A stretch of DNA of 64,000 nt from Eledone cirrhosa (GCA_964016885.1 OZ024743.1:119722001-119786000); one strand, 5' to 3'; numbered from the stretch's first letter, positions 43,890-58,032 are shown. Numbers and translations: made by a program. The notes: a model not told the origin generated them from the letters alone.

Positions 43890-44050
43890 TGCAGCATGGT
43901 TGAATGATTAAGAAGTTTACATCACAATCAAGAGGCCCCAGGTTCGATCTTACTGTGTAAAATCTTCTGAAACTGTCTTTCATTATAGCCATGAGTCGGT
44001 TTGAGCCATGCGAATGAAATTCGTTAGATTTGATCTGCGCAGAGGCATGT
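43890..44050 (+). mobile_element. Old tRNA-derived SINE (family D)
   Basis: CATGGTTGAATGATTAAGAAGTTT...GGTTCGATC...ATTATAGCC. Related remnants are at 32890-33000 and 59810-59960. Confidence 0.5.
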
Positions 44051-44109
44051 CGGATATATTGAATCTAAGGATGCAGGTATGAGCAAATATTTATGTTCAT
44101 GAGTTTAAA

Positions 44110-44280
44110 TAATGGTTTCTTATATAGGCACAAGGCCAACAATTTTGGGGGAGGGGAAAGTCGATTAAATCGACCCCAATGCGTGACTGGTACTTTATTT
44201 TATCGACCCCGTTAGGATGAAAGACAAAGTTAACCTCGGCGGGATTTGAACTGAGACCAGAAAGGGGCGTAACTTTTTGC
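44110..44280 (-). mobile_element. SINE family A copy, 5'-truncated
   Basis: Reverse complement of B box, core and tail. Confidence 0.85.
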
Positions 44281-44547
44281 TGATAATAATAAAATATATA
44301 TATATATATGTATATATATAATGTGTGTGTGTGTATTTATGTGTGTAAGTGTAAGCAATATATCCATATATATACAGGGAGAGGGGAGAGACGAGCAGAC
44401 AGACAAACAGCCAGGTCGACAGACAGAAAATGTGAGATGCTGGTATGATCAAATAGTTACGTTCATTAGTTTCCACGTTCGATCCAGTCGTTTCGTTAAC
44501 ATAAAGAAAGATAATGAAAAAGGAGAACATTTATTCATTAAATATTA

Positions 44548-44843
44548 AAGTGGAACCTCGGTTCACGACTTAATTATTTCCTAAAGGCAGTTCGTCAACC
44601 GAAATGTTCGTAATCGAAATTTATTTTTTATACGAAATACAAGGAGAGAGAGAGACTGTGTGTGAAAGACAGATAGATAAATCCAGAGTAGCTAACTACA
44701 TAGCAAGTGACGCGTTCTCGCCGATACTCCAAGCTTGTTGCCAACCGTTCTTGCCGGCTTGCGAGTTGGTTCTCAATCGTGAACCGAGACGTTTTATGTC
44801 GGAAAAATTGTTCCCGAACTGATTTGTTTGTGAAGTTCCACTG
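44548..44843. mobile_element. Tigger/pogo-like MITE
   Basis: TA-(A)AGTGGAACCTCGGTTCACGA ... GAAGTTCCACTG-TA, with sub-terminal TCG..AACCGA repeats. Confidence 0.65.
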
Positions 44844-45398
44844 TACTTTCTTCTACTACATATTTTTGTTATATATATTTTCATGGTGGGTCGTGGATTA
44901 ACCAAATTGTTAGAGTGTAGGCAAATACTTTGCAGTATTTGTTCTCGATCTTTACGATCTGAGTTCAAATCCCACTGGTGTCAACATTTAAACCTTTCGG
45001 GGTTCATAAAATAAACTACCAATCAAGTAATGGAGTTGATTTAATTCGCCTTTCCTCTTCCCTTAATTGTTGGTCTTGAGCCTAAAATTAAACACGATTT
45101 TTTTTCATGTACATCTGTTTTCATCTTTTTGTGTTACGTATTTTCCGGTATAGAAGATGCAGGGTTTTTTTACCTTAAAATTTGATGTCAATATTTCTCT
45201 GTATTCTATACGACAGAGGTATGCATGAAATGCATTGTGCATATATAGAACTGAATAACCTTTTTCCTTTAAAATATTTCTCCAGAATAAAGCTGAATCT
45301 TAAATTCAGAAGACAAATATGTCATATGTATTATCATATATGTGTATTACAAATATCCTATATAATATGTATATTAAATCAACCATATGTATTCTGAA

Positions 45399-45640
45399 GG
45401 CGCGTGGCTGAGTGGTTATAGAATTAGATTCGCAATCGTGAGGTTGTGATTTCGAGTCCCAGACTCGGCGATTCGTTATGTCCTTGAGCAAGACACTTTA
45501 TTTCCCATTGCTCCTTCTGCCTGGAGTTGCGACCGACAGATAGTATTAGCAATTGGAAAGAACAATGGAAATATTGTTTCCTCGGTCCGATTCGACGAGC
45601 TCCACTCTAAATAAGGTCTGGGATCTTATCGATCGACTAT
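45399..45640 (+). mobile_element. CORE-like SINE family B copy
   Basis: GGCGCGTGGCTGAGTGGTT...GTCCTTGAGCAAGACACTTTATTTC, homologous to 250-485. Confidence 0.75.
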
Positions 45641-45793
45641 CGACATCGAAATATGTATTGTAAAATTATATACGTAAATAAGACTGATATTGTTAGTCTA
45701 CAAACACTCAGCAAACACCCTCAACCAAACGCCAAACTGCACTCACCCTCCAAATTCAGCAAACCATCTTCCCATAATTTATCATATATAACG

Positions 45794-45972
45794 TTGGCAG
45801 TATCGGTAGAGGGCCGGACGCCAGGCTTTCCAGCATAGTTACGTCCCTTTACGATCTGAGTTCAAATCCCGCCGAGGTTGACTTTGCCTTTCATCCTTAC
45901 GGGGTCGATAAAATAAAGTACCAGTAATGCACTGGGTAATTGCTGGCCTTGTGCCTAAAGTAGAGACAATTA
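45794..45972 (+). mobile_element. Young SINE family A copy
   Basis: Near-identical to 27980-28164. Confidence 0.95.
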
Positions 45973-46039
45973 TATATTTTATCATATAATTTGTCCATAT
46001 CTATTTCATCTTCAATATTATGCATTTATATATTGCATA

Positions 46040-46650
46040 TAAATGCTGCTGCGGATCCACCGTAGACTCGACATCCACTCACTGTCATCTCATTACAGTG
46101 CTGACCGCCTTCCACGACAGATTACTCTCAACGAGGTCATCAAGCATGGCTTGAATGTTGCAGTCTTCTGGTGGGGCTGGACCGAGTGACGGCAAATGGC
46201 CAGACGGCATGACTATTTTCCCGTTCCGTGGTGGTAAACCCCTCATCTGGGATGCCACATCAAGCGACACATTCTCCAGCGGCAACCTGCTGCAGTCCAC
46301 GACTAACCCAGACTCTGCTGCACTTTGGACCGAGGAGGGTAAACTCTCCAAATATCGGCCGCTCTCCGAGTGGAGACTTCTGGTGTCCTTGGCCCTAGGG
46401 CCACCTCTCTGCTCACCACCACCGACATAGAGTTGGTTTCCCGCAAGTGTGATCCTCCCGAGTTAGAATGGCTCTTCAAGCGCGTCTCCCTCGCCATCCT
46501 CCGGGAAAACGCTTTCTCTATTCTGTCCGATGAGGTCGCGGGGCGGCCAGCGCGTGGGCCCCCATTTGCTCACAACAGTGAGAGTTAAGGAGAGCGGGAG
46601 AGACGGAGGCTGTCACAATGGAGTTTGGTTCTTTTGTGTTCAGACCTGGT
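46040..46650 (+). pseudogene. CRE-clade LINE 3' fragment (RLE domain and 3' UTR)
   Basis: SDGKWPDGMTIFPFRGGKPLIWDATSSDTF..AALWTEEGKLSKY / ETSGVLGPRA..WLFKRVSLAILRENAFSIL, typical of the CRE-type RLE (DGKRPDG..WD.T..K..KY..QR.S.A..RGNA). Confidence 0.8.
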
Positions 46651-47206
46651 GTATATATGTGTATATAAATTAAAGTATAACATGTTTTCAGTATAACTTT
46701 CTATGATTTCAAAGAATGTTAAACGTCACATTAAGCAGTATTGGAATGTTCGGGAACATTGCATAAATTAGCGCTATGATATTTGTGATATAAAAACACC
46801 AGAGTAAGCATCACGTGATAACGTTAATTACTTGTTTTTAATATCGTGACTCAATATAGGAAGATATTCAGCGTTGACGTTACTTTTGAGGATATGTAGT
46901 CGGGTGGACTCACTATGAACATAGAAATTCCCATGACCCAATACGACCACAAAGCAAAACCAGAGTTGTATATTGTAGTGGGTGCTGACGGGGAAGTGTT
47001 AAAATGGATCGTTCAGAAAACTCTGTGGCTACATAGTCACTGAAGGGATTTCAGCTTTGAAGACTTGAAAGGAAGAAATCAATAACAACAGCAGCCAACT
47101 ACAGAGGCGTCAAACTCACAGGTGAAGATGGGTACAATTCTGAAGATGCCAGATCAATGTAGGTGGTAACCTCTTACCTATGTGTGGTTTGCTCTTTTTA
47201 AAACTA

Positions 47207-47373
47207 TCGTATTTTCCGGCGCCGAAGACGCTTCATCCTCGAGAACGCACCCTAATTTTGACAACCAAAAATTTGAAAAAAATAATAAACAACCTTCGAC
47301 CGCCAGGACTCATGGTAGATAATTTAGACTTATTTTAGGGAAAAAGTAGCATCTTCGACGCCGAGAAATACGG
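47207..47373. mobile_element. pogo/Tc2-like MITE
   Basis: TA-TCGTATTTTCCGGCGCCGAAGACGC ... GCATCTTCGACGCCGAGAAATACGG-TA. A solitary related end is near 45137. Confidence 0.75.
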
Positions 47374-47725
47374 TAAATCTTATTTTTATTTATTGCATGT
47401 TTTGTATACTCCTGTGATTATTTTCTGAAATTATTTGTATGTTTTACATAACATTTTTTTAACTCATCCCCACATCCCTACCCTTGTTTTTATATAGCGT
47501 GTTTGTCCTACACCACACGCTCTTCGAAATACCCTCTTTAAGGTTTTATGTGTTTGTATATATGAACGGGATTATATGTAATTGCCCTCATTGGCTAAGT
47601 GAAGAAATTATTATTGTTAATTTTGAGTGAGTCACAGAATCGATAAACGAAAGAGTCTTGGATATTTGATTGTGCCTCTTTACGTTCTGATTTTCGAGAT
47701 CGACAAAATAAAGTACTAGACAATT

Positions 47726-48187
47726 CCTCCGGGAGCCTCAGCTGAAATCTACTCAACAATTGATATCCACGTGGGTCTGTCGTTCATTGCCGTTGCCAAG
47801 TCCTGGATTTCATTACAAGCAACTCTGGAGGTTATATCGGGAGAGGAGAGCTTGCGCCCTCTGTTTTTAGTGACTGCTTGTTGTTTCCACAGCACTAGTG
47901 AGGACACAGCCTCAGAGGTGGCACGGTGGCAGTGGCCAGTAAATCTTACTCTCTTTTTAAGTACAACGACAGATATGCGTGGGAGGCCGGCATATATTTC
48001 TTTAAAATTCAGATGTCGCCAGCTTATGTTCTGAATGCGTCGAAGTAAGTGAGTGTGGGTGCCATCAAGGTGCTTTTGTTGTTTGGATGAAAGTGTCCAT
48101 GTTTCACTTCCATATAGTAAGACTGGTTGAATTGTTACTTGGAAGAGTAATTTTTCCAACCACGCCAAAATCAGACTCTTCCAAATA
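47726..48187 (-). pseudogene. RTE-clade LINE 3' fragment inserted into a SINE A copy, 11-bp TSD
   Basis: VLLYGSETWTL..LDGTHTHLLRRIQNISW..LPRIS..RFTGHC. ACTAGACAATT is at 47715-47725 and 48188-48198, and the SINE resumes after it. Confidence 0.85.
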
Positions 48188-48271
48188 ACTAGACAATTAC
48201 TGGGGCCAATTTAATCTACTTACGCACCTCCACACAATTTCTGGTCTTATGTCTATGTTAGAAACAAATAT

Positions 48272-49155
48272 TATCGGTGGATTGGCAGAATTGGTAGAGC
48301 AACTGACACCACGTTTCGAGGCATAGAGTTAAGGCTCTGTACGCTCTGATTTCAAATCTCGCCGAAGTTAGCTTTGTCTTTCATCCTTACGGGGTCGATA
48401 AAATAAGGTACCAGTAATACACTGAGATCGATTTAATCGACTTTCTCCACCCGCATATTGCTGGCATTGTGCCTATTCTAGGAATCATTTTCTTTAACTG
48501 GGTTAAAGATTGGCAGAATCGTTACAACGTCAAACAAAATTCTTTGTGGTATTTGTTCCAAGAATTAATATTCTGGGTTCAAATCCTGCCGGAGTTAACT
48601 TATCTTTCATCCTTCCAGGAGTCGATAAAATAAAATACGAGTTAAGTACTGAGATTAATATAATCAATTTTCCTACTCTACCACATTGCTGGCGGTATGC
48701 CTAATTTTGAGACAATGGGCTGTAGATTGATATAATCTTCCAGGTGTCGTAACAAAATGCTTGGCGGCATTTGTTCCGGATCTATACTGAGTTCGAATCC
48801 TGATGAGTTTATCTTTGTATTTCATCCTTCTGGATCGATAATAAATATTGGGTCAATAAAATCGACATTCTCCTCCACATGATTTGCTGGCCTTGTGCCT
48901 AAATTAGAAATTACTATTATTAATAGTAGTACTTAGGTCGGCGGATTGGCAGAATCGGGAGAGAACTCGGACAGAATTCTTTGCAGCATAGAGTTACGGT
49001 CCTTTACGGTCTGCGTTCAAATCCTGCCGAGGTTAACTTTGCTTTTCATCCTTACGGGGTCGGTAAAATAAAGCACCAGTAACGTACTGGGGGTAGATTT
49101 AATCGACTTTCCGCTCCCCCAAATTACTGGCCTTGTGCCTATTCTAGGAATCATT
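48272..49155 (+). mobile_element. Head-to-tail array of 4 SINE family A copies
   Basis: Units start near 48272, 48495, 48715 and 48935. Confidence 0.85.
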
Positions 49156-49696
49156 AATAGAATTAGTTGAAGTAGCAGTAGTAGCGACCTTATATTTCAA
49201 TTGTGCTACTGGGGGTTTCTGGTGTTCCCTCTGTTGCAGTTTTATCTCAATGTTTACATCCCTCTTCTCTGGACAGGGAATTGTTATTTTGACGTTTGAA
49301 TTTCTCTTGGGAATGGAGGGGTGGGATCTGAATAAATACAAAATATAAGAGAATGACACTTCACCATTGACGGCTTCTATTTTCTAACTACACTAAGGTT
49401 GGACGAACAGAAATATTCCAAACGAAATATGTCGACGTTTTTGGAGAGAAAGAAAAGAGAAAGAGAGAGTGTATATATGAAGGATGGAAAGGGTGAGGAG
49501 AGCTCAATGCTCCGTTATCCCGTTATCCTGCCGTTGTTCTGTCTGTTTGCCCGTTGCCTATCGCTTGCCGCCTGTTACCGCTCAGCTCGCTCTGCTGGGC
49601 AGTAATGAAGTGTAATCTTCCAATGTAGTGACGTTCTCTTAATGAAGCTGTCATCTAAGTGGCAAAAATCTTTCGCCAAAGAAGACGTGTGTATGC

Positions 49697-49729
<33 letters not shown>

Positions 49730-49872
49730 TGTATGTATGTATGTATGTATGTATGTATGTGTGTGTGTGTGTATGTATGTATGCATGTATGTATGTATAA
49801 TGTATGTATGTATAATGTATGCGTTAGAGTATTTACACTGATATGTGTTTGTATACATATATATATATACAC

Positions 49873-49932
<60 letters not shown>

Positions 49933-49944
49933 TTGTATACATAC

Positions 49945-49976
<32 letters not shown>

Positions 49977-50011
49977 GCGTGTGTGTGTGTGTGTGTGTGT
50001 GTAAATCTGTA

Positions 50012-50043
<32 letters not shown>

Positions 50044-50052
50044 ATAAATCTG

Positions 50053-50128
<76 letters not shown>

Positions 50129-50629
50129 ATATATGTATGCATATGTATATATAGGTGTGTCTGTGTGTTAGTTTATTATGTGTGTATATTTATATTTCTG
50201 TGCCAAAGTGTATGTGTGTTTATATATATTTCTATACATAATATATATACATATATAAGAGCCAGCTTGATGTGTGTGTTATGTGAAGAGCTCAGCGTCA
50301 GTTTCTGGCTTAGGACGGTTTGTTTGGATAGCGTATAATTGTTTTCCGACAGCATAGTTAATATATAAAGAATATGAAGACCTGTTTATAGAGTTATTTG
50401 ATTGTTGCTTTTCTTCTTTCTACCTTTTTTCTTTCTCTCTAACTTACTTTCACTTTCATTTTTGCTGCAATAATTTCAGCATATATTATATATTATATAT
50501 TTCTGTTTTCTTTTTCTTTCTGTACTATTTTATTTCATTTCTCTTTAATAAAGATTATTGCTTTTATATCCATGGCTTCAATATTTAATGTTGTTCAATA
50601 TTTGTTGTTTTGTGATGGCTGTGAATATA

Positions 50630-51760
50630 AGAATTATTAGAGCAGCCTTGGACGAAATACAAACGTTGTTGAGTTCAAATCCAGCTTAGTATTAACTTTG
50701 TCCTTTCATTATTTGATGATAAGAAGGGCGGTGTTTGGCAGTATCGGTAGAGCGTCAGACACCATGCTTTGCAGCATAGTTATGGCCCTTTGCTTTCTGA
50801 GTTCAAATCCGCCGAGGTTAACTTTGCCTTTCATTGAGATAATCGCTGGCCTTGTGCCAAACGTAGAAACAATTATTTGAGGATAATGGTGGATTGGCAG
50901 TGTCGGCAGATGGTCGAACGCCATGCTTTGAAGCATAGAGTTACGCCCCCCTTACAGTCTGAGTTCAAATCCCGCCGAGGTTATCTTTGCCTTTCATCCT
51001 TACGGGATCGATAAAATAAAGTACCAGTAATGCACTGTGATAATTGCTGGCCTTGTGCCAAAAGTAGAAACAATTATTTGAGGATAATCTGTAAAATAAG
51101 TACCAATGTTGATTTCAGCAACTATAACTCTCTACGACAAAATTGAGACATGGTGCATCTTAGAAATCAATGTTTGTATTATTCGTGAGCGGTAATTAGT
51201 AAAGTTGACAGAGCGTGTAGAAATGTGATTTGATGTATTGATTACGTTCTTTAGTCTGTTTTTGTCACCACGACTAAAAGCTATGCAGGAAGACTACCTT
51301 AATTCTGAGTTCAAATACTGCTATATAACTGGTTATAACTGCATTTTCATCATTTTTATGGGGATCGATGAAATAAGAAGTAGATGTGCACTGGGGTTCA
51401 TTTATATAACTATACATCTCTTCTAAAAATATTAACAGCATTGCTCTTGAGCTAACAAAAAATGGAAGAAAACAATGAGATGCAGAATCGGTAGTGCATG
51501 CAACAAAACATCGTCAAAGCCAATACAATTAGTACCAGTGAAGAATTGGGAGAGGCATTATTTTATTCGATAGATGTACCTAATTTTTGTAAAAGTCTAT
51601 ATCTGTATTTTGCAGATGGTGCACTGACAATACTGGTAGGGCGTCGGATAGAATACCTAGCGGTATTTGTTCTGATTCTCTCAGTTCTGGATTCAAAGCT
51701 CACCGAGGTATATTTTTTTTTCATCCCTTTGTGATTAAAATACCAATTGAATAATGGGTC
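50630..51760 (+). mobile_element. Nested head-to-tail SINE family A array
   Basis: Young copies at 50726-50873 and 50888-51071 (TSD AATTATTTGAGGATAAT at 50871-50887 and 51072-51088) sit inside older copies. Confidence 0.85.
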
Positions 51761-51851
51761 AGTTTCTCTCTCTATCATCCACACATATACACATACTCTC
51801 TCATTCGCTCTCTCCTTCTCACTCTCTCTATCTATCTCTCACCCACACATA

Positions 51852-52052
<201 letters not shown>

Positions 52053-52053
52053 C

Positions 52054-52285
<232 letters not shown>

Positions 52286-52286
52286 G

Positions 52287-52335
<49 letters not shown>

Positions 52336-52385
52336 AAAGGCTTCTACAGGACTAGAACTGTTTCATTCGGGAGAAACCATCATGA

Positions 52386-52433
<48 letters not shown>

Positions 52434-52948
52434 TCGGAGAATGGTCTACGTTGAAATGGCGAAAGAGAGCACGCTCACATTGCAATCCCCCAATCCTATC
52501 ACCACCGCGTTGTAGAGTCACTAACAACAAAATAGGTAATGTTGGAACGCTGAGTGTTAGAAATCGGTAGAACATTTACCAAAATGTTTTACTGTTTTTA
52601 TGTTATGTACCATTATATTCTGAGTTAATATCTTGTGAAGCTAACTCTTCGGTGTCTTGTTCCGAATATCGATAAAATGAAATACTAGTTGACTGTACTC
52701 CTCTCATATGGCGTGAGGTTGTGTGCCGTTATTGATTTCTAACGTAGGTATAGGATCGCAAATTTGTGGGAGGAGTATTGTCAATTATATCGAAGCCTAT
52801 ACTTGACTGGTACCTTATTTGTGGCCTGATAGCCTTCCTCCACGTTACATGAAGTATAAAAATGCACATTGGGAATTATTAATTATGATAGAATTATTAT
52901 GATAGATTGGTATGTAATGTTTGTGAAACTGAAGTTGTGATTTTATTC

Positions 52949-53003
<55 letters not shown>

Positions 53004-53004
<1 letters not shown>

Positions 53005-53870
53005 GAGGTGGGTCAGAAAAGTTCCAGGACTGATGGCACAAAAGATTTATTTAAAACCCAAACTTCACACTAAGAGTCTTCTCCTTCAAAGTAATCCCTC
53101 TGGAGTCTAATGCACTTTTCCATTCTTTTCTGCCACGCTTGCATGCCCTCCTGGAAGGGTTCTTCCGAGATCCTCCGCAGTTCCGTCGTCACGGCCTTTT
53201 TGATGTCGTCCACGTCTTCAAAACGGGTCCCCTCCTGGTCGTACTCGAAGATCCATGACTCATCACCGGTGATGACTGTCCCTAGCAAGTCTGGTTCGGT
53301 TTCAAGACGCTCGAGGATGTCCTGGCACACTTACATGCGTCGACCCTTCTGGTCATTGTTGAACAGTTTTTTCACCATCTTCAGTGAGAATCTTCCGGAC
53401 GCTGTCCCGATTCATGCCCAGTTCATTTGCCATCAGTCTAACAGTCAGCCGACGATCGCTACGCACCAGCTGCCTGGCGCGCTCAACGTTGGTCTCAGTC
53501 CTGGTTGTTGAGGGCCTTCCGCTCCTTGGGTCATCTTCCACGTCCTCACGTCCTTCTTTAAACCTCTTGCACCACTCAAAAACACGTGAGCGTGACATCG
53601 TCTCATCTCCATACACTTGCTGCAGCAATCCCAGTGCTTCTGACGGAGTTTTCAAGTATGTTCGTTGCTCTGTGCTCATTGCTTGACGACCTGAAACAGA
53701 GGACATGCATATAAAATTATGAAGAAAAAAGTTTGATCGCTGCAGAGAGCTAACAGTACAGTTACAGACTCCAGGAGGATTACTTTGAAGGAGAAAACTC
53801 TTAGTGTGAAGTTTCGGTTTGAGATAAATCTTTTGTGACATCAGTCCTAGAATTTTTCTGACACACCTCG
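53004..53870 (-). mobile_element. Deleted mariner with ~105-bp terminal inverted repeats, in (TA)n
   Basis: Transposase pieces VYGDETMSRSRVFEWCKRFKEGREDVEDDPRSGRP, VITGDESWIFEYD and ..DYFEGE. The region with the second and third catalytic Asp is deleted. 53004-53108 matches the reverse complement of 53766-53870. Confidence 0.92.
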
Positions 53871-53884
53871 TATATATATATATG

Positions 53885-54393
53885 CACTGGAGAAACACCA
53901 GGACTCTGGCTTTACTGTAGCACCGGCTCAGAGCAGGAGAGTTGGGGCGAAAAAGGTATCGGATGCTGAATTTGCCGACGACATAGTTTTGGTGACAAAT
54001 ACAGTGAAGGAGGCAGAGGATTTGATGCGGGAGGTTGAGACTGTGTCGATGAGTGTGGGGCTGAGAATGAATGAGACTAAAACAAAATATCTGGTAGAGA
54101 ATGTTGAGAAGCCAGAGGGGATCACTAATGTAGGCGGGAAGCCGCTGGAATTGGTTGAGGACTTCCTGTATTTGGGAGCAAAGATTGGGAATACGGAAGA
54201 TGATGTGGTTGAGAGGAAGAGCAAGGCCTGGGCGGCGTGTCACAGCTTGAGGTCGGTGTGGAAGTCGGACCTTCGTAGAGACCTGAAAATCCGCCTCTTC
54301 ATTGCTGTAGTGGAGTCTGTGCTGCTGTATGGGTCTGAGACTTGGACACTGACCAAGAGACTCACTCAGATGGTGGATGGGTGCTACACGAGA
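53885..54393 (+). pseudogene. RTE-clade LINE RT fragment
   Basis: EFADDIVL..GLRMNETKTK..VEDFLYLGA..KAWAA..ESVLLYGSETWTLTKRL..VDGCYTR. Truncated by TA tracts at both ends. Confidence 0.85.
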
Positions 54394-54404
54394 ATATATA
54401 TATA

Positions 54405-54637
54405 TATAGTAATAATAATAAATTTGAAGACTAAAATCCAAAGAGGGCTCGATAAGGATAAATATATATCAAATATATAAGAACCGTAGAGCAAATATTT
54501 AATAAAATAACAGATTAAAGTTTAAGCAAAGAATCGTTGCTTTCACCCTTAACGGGATCTTCTGAAAGTCAGTTTCAGAAGATCCCGTTAAGGGTGAAAG
54601 CAACGATTCTTTGCTTAAACTTTAATCTGTTATTTTA

Positions 54638-54645
<8 letters not shown>
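54405..54645. repeat. Fold-back element, ~73-bp arms, with hammerhead-like motif
   Basis: 54495-54567 is the near-perfect reverse complement of 54573-54645. Plus strand 54571-54621 reads AGTTT CAGAAGA T CCC-GTTAA-GGG T GAA AGCAA-CGATTCT-TTGCT T AAACT. Confidence 0.85.
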
Positions 54646-54721
<76 letters not shown>

Positions 54722-54773
54722 CGCGAAAGAAGATTGACATGGTTTGCTATACAAAAAAGGTTTTTAATCTCAT

Positions 54774-54881
54774 TGCTGACAATTGTTTCTCTGAACTGGT
54801 TGGTCTAGAGATCGCTATTCGCTTGTTTTCACGTTACTCGATCGCCAATACGAAATTATAACCAGTCAGTTCTTCGGAGCA
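54774..54881 (-). ncRNA. Hammerhead motif with enlarged stem II
   Basis: TGCT CCGAAGA ACTGACTGGTT...AACCAGTTCAGA GAA ACAATTGT C AGCA. GUC site, and the same ACAATTGT stem III as 34577-34626. Confidence 0.65.
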
Positions 54882-54897
54882 TGTGAGAATGAAGAGA

Positions 54898-54987
<90 letters not shown>

Positions 54988-55199
54988 ATATAATATATAT
55001 ATATCTTCTTCTTCTTCTTCTTCTTCTTCTTCTTCTTCTTCTTCTTCTTCTTCTTCTTCTTCTTCTTCTTCTTCTTCTTCTTCTTCTTCTTCGCCAAATT
55101 ATTCCTGAGAGGGGTGTGGAAGTAGAATCATCAAACACTCCTCCCACCGCGCCTTGTCAGAAGCAACCGTCTCCAACTCCGGCTAGATCTCCAAATGAA

Positions 55200-55665
55200 A
55201 CCAACCAAGCTCATAGATGTTATCTAGCTATCTTGCTCGGTGTCTATCTCTGGATTTCCTATTAGTAAAAACTGTCCAGTGGTTCTTTCCTGGGATATTC
55301 TAAGCACATGCCCACAGTAACAAAGCTGTGATCTCTCAATTCGGAGAAGTAGCAGCTCTACCTGGAGTGATTCTTTGATCTCTAAGCTGCGCACTCTCTC
55401 GACCCTTCGAAGGAATCCTATTTCAGCTGATTGTGTTCGCGATCGTATTTTTTCAGTCATTACCCAAGATTCATGACCATAAGTAAGGGTTGGCCCGAAT
55501 ACCGAATTGAAGATAACAAGTTTGGTTTTTACACCTACTTCCATTCTTCTGATTACCGAATGCTGGAGCTAGCGCATTACTGCACCAGCTCCTGCAATTC
55601 TGGCACTTAATTCAGCCTACTGCCTTCCATCACTCGCGAACATGGCCCCAAGATACTTGAGCTGG
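55200..55665 (-). pseudogene. RTE-clade (Expander/Rex3-like) LINE fragment
   Basis: KYLGAMFASDGRQ..ARIAGAGAVMR..KTKLVIFNSVFGPTLTYGHESWVMTEKIRSRTQSAEIGFLRRV..LLLRIERSQL..GHV. Confidence 0.8.
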
Positions 55666-55729
55666 CATATACATACATAGATACATACATACATACATAC
55701 ATACATACATACATACATACATACATACA

Positions 55730-55761
<32 letters not shown>

Positions 55762-55954
55762 CAGATAAATCTACCACTCAATGGTAGGGTCTAAACCATA
55801 TAAAGAACTCAATGTAATCCGTATGCAGAAGATGTCGTGAAGCAAAGTTTAAAATACTAAAATTTTATCAACGATATAATTCAATTGGATACAGAGTAAA
55901 ATAGAAATATTAAAACAATGAAATTAAACACAAAACTGTTAATTTATAGTAAAA

Positions 55955-56004
<50 letters not shown>

Positions 56005-56006
<2 letters not shown>

Positions 56007-56186
56007 AATTTTGAGTTTATGTTGGTTGTATACCAACACCTCAGTATGCAGGCTGGAGCACTCGACGAAGTGCGCGGGTTGGTTTGGTTACTCCTGAAGA
56101 GGTCACAGCCAAAGATGGCTGTCACTGAAATATATATAGCAGTAATAAACGAAGCTAAATTTTAATCATTTGACTTTTATTTAACT
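56005..56186. mobile_element. PLE-derived bipartite insertion: inverted tail (56005-56093) joined to hammerhead arm (56094-56186)
   Basis: The left part is the reverse complement of ~36049-36135 and the right part the reverse complement of ~35790-35886. (TA)n lies on both sides. Confidence 0.85.
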
Positions 56187-56296
56187 TTATTTTATATATA
56201 TATATATATATTAGTCGGTCTAACTTATACTCCCCTGAATTGAGATTTATATATTTATGCATGGTTATATATATGGTTATATACATGGTTATATAA

Positions 56297-56377
<81 letters not shown>

Positions 56378-56844
56378 CATGCGTGCGCGTGTGTGCGTGT
56401 GTGAGCGCGTGTGTGTGCGTGTGTGTGTATACTCCCTGTAGCAGTTAACCAATGATGTTACTCAAAATATATGAATAAAGAAATAAATACGTAAAAAATA
56501 GTCGAAAGTACGGCATTATGGAGATGGAACCCATGGCATTCACGTTATTCTAATCAAATAAGCTGAACAGACATTCTCCGCTTTAAATCTAGAAATTAAT
56601 AAGTAGATCACAGACAGACACACACACACACACACAGATACACACAAATACGCGCAACACACACAAACAGAAAAACATTTAGAAATACATCTATTTATGA
56701 CATATACAAAATATAAGGTATGTACGGTGAATCTGTGACTGCATCTGTATGTATGCGCACACAGAAATAATAATACGTCTAAGCAAGTATATGTATGAAG
56801 GAGAGAGAGAGAGATAGGCAGATAGATAGGGAGAGAGAGAGAAG

Positions 56845-56875
<31 letters not shown>

Positions 56876-57340
56876 GGGGGAAGAAAGAGAGAGAGAGAGT
56901 TTGAAAGAGAGAGAAAGAGAAAGAAAGGTGTAGATGCGGATAGAGGTATGGAGATAAAAAAAATTATAGCTGGAGTAAATATATTGGAGAAAATCCTTTC
57001 ACACCAGATATAGAGGTGGTGGGAAGTGAACTAAAAGCGAAAGTAAATGAACAAATTATGTTATTTGAAGAAAGAGAAGGAATGAAGGGTGAATGTGAAA
57101 GAGTATCTGAGAAACTGAATCATGTATCTTTCTAATACAAGTTGAAATTTGTTGGTTTCTTCTTTATACATGTGTATATATTAAACAATTGTACCGATAT
57201 TGATTTAACTGGACACATAATAAAAATATAAATAATCTCAATTGATATCATATAAAAATATCACGCTACAGTGATCACAGACATATATAGATGTAAGGAT
57301 ACATATAATTCTATATGTAATATATTACGTGCATTATATG

Positions 57341-57396
<56 letters not shown>

Positions 57397-57633
57397 TGTG
57401 TGTGTATAATGTATGTTATATATTACACACAGGCACACACAGACGCCCACAGACACACACACACACATATATATATATACAGTATATATATATATATATA
57501 ATGTTTGAAATATATTACACACACATATATATACAGTATATACAAAACCTAAACATAATTTACACGAGTTTTAATAAATCGACTTTAATATAAACATATA
57601 CACGTGTAGATATACATAGATTTACATTATCTA

Positions 57634-57712
<79 letters not shown>

Positions 57713-57883
57713 AGTCTAATTCATAGATTGAACACTGAAACAATTTTATCCGACAAATATATACAAATAACACTGTATATGAGTGTGTGAGTGTATGAGT
57801 CACACTCTCTCTCTCTCTGTCTCTCTCTCTCTCACTCTCTCTCTCTCTCTTTCTTTCTTTATATATATATATATATCTGTGTA

Positions 57884-57933
<50 letters not shown>

Positions 57934-58032
57934 ATATAATACATAGAAATGGATATCAAATAAAAACTGTAACAAATATTATTGAGTGATTTTCCTCTAG
58001 TTTGCAAATTCGAATGTCTACAAACATACATA

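Noticed and set aside
53353-54441. 362-aa ORF, the longest in the window
   Set aside because: Chance read-through of antisense RTE sequence, a TA tract and the mariner N-terminus; not one gene.
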